From: a candidate division TA06 bacterium JGI_Cruoil_03_38_101
GTDB lineage: Bacteria; Hydrothermota; UBA3072
Reading direction: 5' to 3'
NCBI GenBank assembly: GCA_002215665.1
Contig: NGFL01000063.1
Span: forward strand, 8,049 to 72,048
Length of the DNA stretch: 64,000 nt
Every line of letters begins with the position of its first letter. Position 1 is the stretch's first letter. Below are positions 58,634-64,000 of this stretch, piece by piece. The notes under the pieces are model-generated. The model did not search any database and was not told where the DNA came from. It saw nothing but the letters and a program-made list of their open reading frames with translations. Made by a program: the position numbers and the translations under genes.

Positions 58634-60237
58634 GTTTTCCTAATTTCCTTTTTCTTCTCTTCCTCCTTCCAATTCCCATTATAATTCACCTATTAGCAAA
58701 AAGAAATTTAGAAGAAAAAGATTTTCCCACCTTACTTTTCCTTCTGAAAAGTGAGCCAAGACTTATTCGTTGGGTTCAACTTAAAAGATTATTGTTACTT
58801 CTTCTCAGGGTAGGAATGATTGTATTTTTAGTATTAGCTGCTTCTAACTTGCTTATACCCTTTTCTTTCTTTGAACCGGAAAGATTGGTAATTGTGGATC
58901 ACTCCCTCTCGATGAAAGATAGAGTTGTTTCCGAGAAGCAGACCTTAGCTGTGCCCAATAGGGGTGGAGTCCCTCTTATTTTTAAAACTGTAATGAAACA
59001 TCCAATTGGAATACTCATTAGTGATGCTCAGAGGAATGGTTTTCTGAAATTATTAAAAAAGCAAAAGAAGTTTCCAGGGATTGACCTGAAGAGAATTTCC
59101 CTCCCGGAAGGTAATCTGGGAATAATAAAACAAATAACAGGACCCCTTTTTGCAGGGAGGAGGATTGAAGTCCTCTTTACTCTTTTGAACGAATATGAAG
59201 GTAATAAGAGGATCCCACTAACTCTGGAAGTGGATGGTAAGATTCTCCAGAAAAAAATTACAACGCTAAAACCAGGGATAAACAAAGCAGAATTTGCCCT
59301 CTCATTAAAGGAGGGTCCACATTGGGGTTCTCTTGAAGTAGAAGATAGGAAAGGTTTCGATTTTGATAACATCTATTACTTTTCCCTTTTTGTTTTGCCA
59401 AGAATAAATGTCACAATCCTTTCTCAGAGTCGACCCGAAAGGCTTCTTGCAGCGTTAAATCCTATTTATTTCAAGGTGAAGTGGGTTCAGAAAATAAAAA
59501 AGATAAAAGGCGATATCTTTTTGGTTAGTGATATTCCAGAAAAAGAGCTCCCAATAGGAGCTAATGAAACTATACCCGGTATTATTGGTCTCTCAGTGGG
59601 AAATGATTCCCCGTTCGCCAATAAGATTCCCGAGAGGGTATCAAAGATAGCAGGTTCCTTTCCATCTTCTGAGTTTCTGAATTTCCAATCTCTTATTGAC
59701 ATCCCAATACATTACAACTGGAAACTCAATAATGGGGAAACTCTCCTTCACTTTAAAAACGGAGATGCCTTTATTAAAAGAATCGGGGATCATTTATTCT
59801 TGCCTATCTCTTTAGAAGATAGTGATTTGTCTCTTCATCCAATTTACATTCCTTTCCTTTACGAGCTAATCTCTTTACTCCTGGGGCGCGGTTATAACGG
59901 AAATATATTAATGAGCGAACCTGTTGTTATAACAAGTTCATTTAAACCCACAGTAATCTCTCCTATTGGGAAAAGGTATAATCCAGAATTGATAGGGGAG
60001 AATAGATATCTTTTCACAAAAACAGAGGAAGTTGGGATTTATGAGGTATCCGATGGTCAGAGAGCTCGAGGTTTCATATCGGTGAACCCAGATCCATCCG
60101 AGTCGAGATTGGAGATTTTAAAAGAGGAAGAGGAAACATTTCTTTTCGGTAAGGGGGGTTACAGTAATGGAACTTCTTTTTTCCTTGTGATTGCTCTTTT
60201 ATGTTTTATTCTTGGAGTAATCCTGGAGAAGAGATAA
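58630..60237 (+). CDS. BatA N-terminal double-TM domain (TIGR02226-like) membrane protein
   Basis: 535 aa; N-terminal FLFLLFLLPIPIIIHLL and LLLLLLRVGMIVFLVLAA TM pair, large extracytoplasmic region, C-terminal TM. Confidence 0.55.
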   Translation: MSFPNFLFLLFLLPIPIIIHLLAKRNLEEKDFPTLLFLLKSEPRLIRWVQLKRLLLLLLRVGMIVFLVLAASNLLIPFSFFEPERLVIVDHSLSMKDRVVSEKQTLAVPNRGGVPLIFKTVMKHPIGILISDAQRNGFLKLLKKQKKFPGIDLKRISLPEGNLGIIKQITGPLFAGRRIEVLFTLLNEYEGNKRIPLTLEVDGKILQKKITTLKPGINKAEFALSLKEGPHWGSLEVEDRKGFDFDNIYYFSLFVLPRINVTILSQSRPERLLAALNPIYFKVKWVQKIKKIKGDIFLVSDIPEKELPIGANETIPGIIGLSVGNDSPFANKIPERVSKIAGSFPSSEFLNFQSLIDIPIHYNWKLNNGETLLHFKNGDAFIKRIGDHLFLPISLEDSDLSLHPIYIPFLYELISLLLGRGYNGNILMSEPVVITSSFKPTVISPIGKRYNPELIGENRYLFTKTEEVGIYEVSDGQRARGFISVNPDPSESRLEILKEEEETFLFGKGGYSNGTSFFLVIALLCFILGVILEKR

Positions 60238-60281
60238 CAGTGAATTGTATCCCTAAAATCAACACAAATTAAGGAGGTTCT

Positions 60282-61604
60282 ATGGAGAAAAAATCTGCGT
60301 GGAAGGACTCATCCAAGAGAAACGATATCTTTGAATTTGCCAAAGGTTACATCAATTTTCTAAATAGGAGTAAGACTGAGAGAGAAGTTGTAAAGATTGC
60401 CAAGGAGATGCTATCTGAAAATAAGGATCTTTTTATAAAAGATATCAAGGGGAAAGTCCTTGTTATTGCAAAACCATCTTCCGATATCCTAAAGAGAGGG
60501 TTGAGGATTGTGGCCGCCCACATTGACTCACCCAGGATAGATTTAAAACCCAGCCCGTTATACGAAGACCAGGATCTTGTTCTATTAAAGACGCACTACT
60601 ACGGAGGTATAAGAAAGTATCAGTGGCTCTCAATACCCCTTTCGATCCATGGCGTTGTTGTGAAAGAAAATGGTGAAGTGATAGAGATAGTGATCGGGGA
60701 GGGAAAAGAAGAACCCGTATTTACCATTCCTGATCTTCTTCCCCATCTTTCAAAGGAACAACAAGAAAAAAAGATAAAAGAATTTGCCCAGGGTGAAGAA
60801 TTAAATGTCTTGGTTGGTTCAATACCCAAAGATAACGAAGAAAAGAAACCAGTTCTTGAAAATATCCTTGATCTTCTTAAGGAAAAATATGGAATTCAGG
60901 AAGAAGACCTTATAAGTGCCGAGTTAGAACTAGTCCCAGCCTGGAAGGCAAAGAGTGTCGGATTGGATGAGAGTTTTGTGGGTGCTTATGGACAGGATGA
61001 TAGGATTTGCGCCTATTCTGCTCTAAGGGCTGTCCAGTTGGTGGAAGAGAGTGAAAAGTTTCCCGCGGTGATACTCTTTGATAAGGAAGAAATTGGCTCT
61101 GAAGGTAATACAGGAGCCCGTTCAAATATTATCCAAGATTTCATTATGGATCTTCTGGAATCAACGGGTGTAACCCCAACCTACAGAAACATAAGAAGAG
61201 TTATCCAAAAATCATCAGTGATCTCAGCGGATGTGAATGCAGGCCTTCATCCTACCTATCCTGATGTTCAGGATAAGTATAATGCTGCAAAGTTGGGCTT
61301 TGGTGTTGTCCTAACTAAATATACTGGGTATAAGGGAAAAGCAGCAAGCAGTGATGCCCATGCCGAATTCGTAGCAGAGGTTCGAAGACTCTATAATAAA
61401 GCTGGAGTAAAATGGCAGATAGGTGAACTTGGCAAGGTGGATCTTGGTGGAGGAGGAACTATTGCGAAATTCATAGCAAAGTTTGGGTTAGAAGTCATTG
61501 ATTCTGGACCTCCCATCCTTGCGATGCATTCACCCTTTGAGATTGCAAGTAAAGGTGATTTATACCATACCTATAAAGCATATAAGGCTTTTCTTGAGGG
61601 ATAA
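60282..61604 (+). CDS. M18 family aminopeptidase
   Basis: 440 aa; AHIDSPRIDLKP, DKEEIGSEG, AMHSPFE M18 motifs. Confidence 0.85.
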   Translation: MEKKSAWKDSSKRNDIFEFAKGYINFLNRSKTEREVVKIAKEMLSENKDLFIKDIKGKVLVIAKPSSDILKRGLRIVAAHIDSPRIDLKPSPLYEDQDLVLLKTHYYGGIRKYQWLSIPLSIHGVVVKENGEVIEIVIGEGKEEPVFTIPDLLPHLSKEQQEKKIKEFAQGEELNVLVGSIPKDNEEKKPVLENILDLLKEKYGIQEEDLISAELELVPAWKAKSVGLDESFVGAYGQDDRICAYSALRAVQLVEESEKFPAVILFDKEEIGSEGNTGARSNIIQDFIMDLLESTGVTPTYRNIRRVIQKSSVISADVNAGLHPTYPDVQDKYNAAKLGFGVVLTKYTGYKGKAASSDAHAEFVAEVRRLYNKAGVKWQIGELGKVDLGGGGTIAKFIAKFGLEVIDSGPPILAMHSPFEIASKGDLYHTYKAYKAFLEG

Positions 61605-61611
61605 TGTTTTC

Positions 61612-62190
61612 TCAAAATATTGCCTTTTCTTCTCCTTTTATGAGCCTTTTTATATTCTTTCGATGAGAGATGAATACAATAACGGTTATCAAGATGGCAA
61701 TAACTAAAACAGGAGTTATTACAGGCTCACTAAGGAAGAAATAGAAAAGGGGAAGAGCAAGAGCTCCAGCAAGGGAACCTAGCGATACCCTCCTTGTTAC
61801 CGCAAGTAGAACTAACCATACGCCAAAACTTAATAGTGCAGGGATTGGCATGAGAGCCAGAACACTGCCAAAACCTGTGGATATACCTTTACCACCCCTG
61901 AAATGAAGGAAAGGCGTTGTGACATGACCCAGAACTGTTCCAAGAGCTCCAAAGATTCCAATGATTGGAGAAATCCCAGAAAAATAAAGCACAGGAAGGA
62001 AGCCTTTCAAAAGATCGAGGATGAAAACAAGAATGCCCTCTTTCTTACCAACTACCCTGAAAACATTTGATGCACCAATATTTCCACTTCCTTCCTCCTT
62101 TAAATTATGCCCTTTGATTTTACCTACGATATAGCCGAAAGGTATACTTCCAAGAGCATACGATCCAATAAATGCAAGCACTATCCACAT
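61612..62190 (-). CDS. plsY: Glycerol-3-phosphate acyltransferase PlsY
   Basis: 192 aa; GSGNIGASN and FKGGKG motifs; multi-TM. Confidence 0.9.
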   Translation of the reverse strand: MWIVLAFIGSYALGSIPFGYIVGKIKGHNLKEEGSGNIGASNVFRVVGKKEGILVFILDLLKGFLPVLYFSGISPIIGIFGALGTVLGHVTTPFLHFRGGKGISTGFGSVLALMPIPALLSFGVWLVLLAVTRRVSLGSLAGALALPLFYFFLSEPVITPVLVIAILITVIVFISHRKNIKRLIKGEEKAIF

Positions 62191-63461
62191 TTATCTACCC
62201 CCTTTTTCACTTTTAATGAAATTGGAATACCTTTAAATTTTAGCCCTTGCCTGATGCTGTTTTTAAGATATCTTCTGTATTTGTCGTCAAAACATTCTGG
62301 TTGATTGGTTCTTATCCATATCCTTCCTCTCTCCTGCTTTACAGAGTAAATTCTAACCCCTTTTCTTCTGCTTGGAGGAGGTCTGCGGGTTACAGCGTTG
62401 CGGATGATTTCTTTTAGTTCCGGGTGTTTTTCATTCAGGCTATTAACTATCTTAAGAGCAAATTTTAGAGAATCTTCTACGCCTCTCATTGTAATTGAAG
62501 AAACTGGTAACATTGGAATCCAATCAACAAAGGAGAGATTTTTTTTATAGTAGTCTATTACCGCCTTCTCTTTATTCGAAGGAACAAGATCAAATTTTGA
62601 AAGGAGGATAATGATTAAGGTTTCTCTTTTAATTGCCCAGTTGATTATTCTTTTATCCTGTAATGTAACTTTTCCCGTTGAATCTATCAGAACAAGCACT
62701 ATATCTGCTTCCTCTATAGATCGGATTGTCCGTAGGAAGGAATAGTATTCAAGGGAACTCCTTAACCTGGACTTTTTCTTTAGACCCGCAGTATCCACGA
62801 GCACAATTGTTTCTCCATTATACTCAAGATAGGAGTTTATGCTATCTCTGGTGGTTCCAGGCTCTTCTTTAATAATTGCACGGTCATAACCCATAACAGC
62901 ATTTACAAAGCTTGATTTACCTGTATTGACTCTACCTATAACACCAATTGTTGTTCCTTTTACTATCTCTCCTTCCTCGAAACTTGAAAGAATCCAGTCC
63001 AGGAGATGCTTAACTCCAAAACCAGTCTTTGAGGAAATCTGAAATGTTTTATCCAGTTTTACCCGGGAAAATTCAGAGGAGACCTTCCAATCTCTTCCTC
63101 TATCCATCTTGTTTATCACGATAACCTTCAAGCCTTTCTTCTTCCTGATATAATCTGAAATCTCTTCATCGAGAGAAGTTAAGCCCTCCTTACCATCGAC
63201 CATTAGCAATATTACATCTGCTTCTTCAAGGGCAAAATCTACCTGCTTTCTAATTTGTTTTTCTATTTCATTGCCTGAGAATTTAAGCCCACCGGTATCT
63301 ATCAGGATTACGGGCTTTCTATTCCTCTCTATTACCCCATATACTCTGTCTCTGGTAACACCCGGTTTTTTGTCAACAATTGATCGTCTTTCTCTAAGGA
63401 ATTGATTGAAAAGTGTGGATTTCCCTACATTTGGTCTCCCTACGATTGCAACTGTATTCAT
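62181..63461 (-). CDS. der: Ribosome biogenesis GTPase Der (EngA)
   Basis: 426 aa; two tandem GTPase domains (GRPNVGKST, GRVNTGKSS) and a KH-like C-terminus. Confidence 0.95.
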   Translation of the reverse strand: MNTVAIVGRPNVGKSTLFNQFLRERRSIVDKKPGVTRDRVYGVIERNRKPVILIDTGGLKFSGNEIEKQIRKQVDFALEEADVILLMVDGKEGLTSLDEEISDYIRKKKGLKVIVINKMDRGRDWKVSSEFSRVKLDKTFQISSKTGFGVKHLLDWILSSFEEGEIVKGTTIGVIGRVNTGKSSFVNAVMGYDRAIIKEEPGTTRDSINSYLEYNGETIVLVDTAGLKKKSRLRSSLEYYSFLRTIRSIEEADIVLVLIDSTGKVTLQDKRIINWAIKRETLIIILLSKFDLVPSNKEKAVIDYYKKNLSFVDWIPMLPVSSITMRGVEDSLKFALKIVNSLNEKHPELKEIIRNAVTRRPPPSRRKGVRIYSVKQERGRIWIRTNQPECFDDKYRRYLKNSIRQGLKFKGIPISLKVKKGVDKCG

Positions 63462-64000
63462 TTGATGCCCCCAAGTTCTCCAATGTTATAAGGAGCTACG
63501 TAGATTTCCATCGGTAGATTTCTTCGGAATATACCAAGGGAACAACCATCTATGAATAAACCATCTCTGTTTACTATATCAGGTGGTAGTATGATAACAT
63601 CAAAATCTAATATTGAAATTCTACCCAGAAGGTCCCAACCCCCTATAAGACCTGCAACTCCAACGGAATCCCCGAAAAACCTATTTTTAAAGGGTAACAC
63701 TTCTGCCTGGATATTGGATTCCTTAAACTTCTCTGCCAGTTTCAGAATACTTTCATAAGCTAAAGTTCCTGTAGCGAGAAGAACTCTACCTCTGAAATTA
63801 GGTACTTCAAGGTCTGAAAGTCCAGAAAGAAATTGACGAACCATACCAATACCATTTTCCAACTGCGGGAAATCGTCGTAGTAGTCCATGGGGGGAATTT
63901 TGTTTACAGCTTTCAGATAAAATTCGTCTGCCAGATAGACGACTGTTTTTCCTGTTTTTCTCTGCATTTCCATTTGATAAGGTTCTACCTTTTTGATTAT
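63458..64000 (-). CDS. DUF512 domain protein, C-terminal portion (gene continues beyond window end)
   Basis: YLADEFYLKAVNKIPPMDYYDDFPQLENGIGMVRQF matches the DUF512 signature; reading frame stays open to the window edge; DUF512-der-plsY order is conserved in many anaerobes. Confidence 0.6.
   Translation of the reverse strand: MIKKVEPYQMEMQRKTGKTVVYLADEFYLKAVNKIPPMDYYDDFPQLENGIGMVRQFLSGLSDLEVPNFRGRVLLATGTLAYESILKLAEKFKESNIQAEVLPFKNRFFGDSVGVAGLIGGWDLLGRISILDFDVIILPPDIVNRDGLFIDGCSLGIFRRNLPMEIYVAPYNIGELGGIK

Overview
This 64 kb window is an AT-rich bacterial chromosomal segment, gene-dense and mostly housekeeping. I found no CRISPR array, transposase, integrase or prophage. The composition (Bacillus-type long SRP RNA, a CodW-like HslV, a YitJ-type fusion plus split MetH, Tat-like and lipoprotein signals, and a Bat aerotolerance operon) suggests an anaerobe, possibly from a poorly characterised phylum.

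The window runs as follows:
- 1-16.5 kb: a promoter and long SRP RNA (ffs); dnaX-ybaB-recR; initiator tRNA-fMet; cmk-plsC-ispH-rpsA-pyrG; ecfT; an nfeD-stomatin pair; two glycosyltransferases; a HemN-like radical SAM protein; a secreted cyclophilin; an amidohydrolase.
- 16.5-27 kb: tRNA-Leu(CAG) on the minus strand; an orphan ExeA-like AAA ATPase; dapF; guaB; hslVU; a His-less PtsN-like protein; VanZ; hisS-aspS-def-argF.
- 27-34 kb: a methionine and one-carbon cluster (Hcy-methyltransferase/MTHFR fusion, a separate MetH reactivation-domain protein, MetH core without the AdoMet domain), then groESL with a strong shared terminator.
- 34-42.4 kb, all on the minus strand: a tightly overlapping five-gene operon. 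It is headed by an AmrS/PflA-like radical SAM enzyme carrying a twin-arginine-like signal peptide, followed by an ABC-2 ATPase and permease, a secreted TPR-like protein and a SAM methyltransferase. Upstream on the same strand are a NifX-like Fe-S carrier, lysC-asd, a second methyltransferase and a DUF5320-like protein fused to a 2x[4Fe-4S] ferredoxin. A GAAC-N4-GTTC palindrome sits upstream of that last gene. I consider this the most unusual part of the window.
- 42.6-48.9 kb: a hypothetical membrane protein, pcm, two tandem S9 peptidases, and a family-4 UDG with a Cys-rich C-terminal extension.
- 49-60 kb: a full MoxR-DUF58-DUF4381-BatA/B/C/D/E aerotolerance-type operon; a PEBP lipoprotein; a pilin-like protein; and a second orphan DUF58 plus BatA-N-domain module.
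- 60-64 kb: an M18 aminopeptidase, then plsY-der and a partial DUF512 gene on the minus strand.

Several genes look leaderless, with a -10 box about 8 nt upstream of the ATG and no SD. Two genes appear to need a non-canonical ATT start. Coordinates of RNA features, promoters and small motifs are hand-counted and may be off by 1-3 nt; CDS coordinates follow the supplied ORF track.
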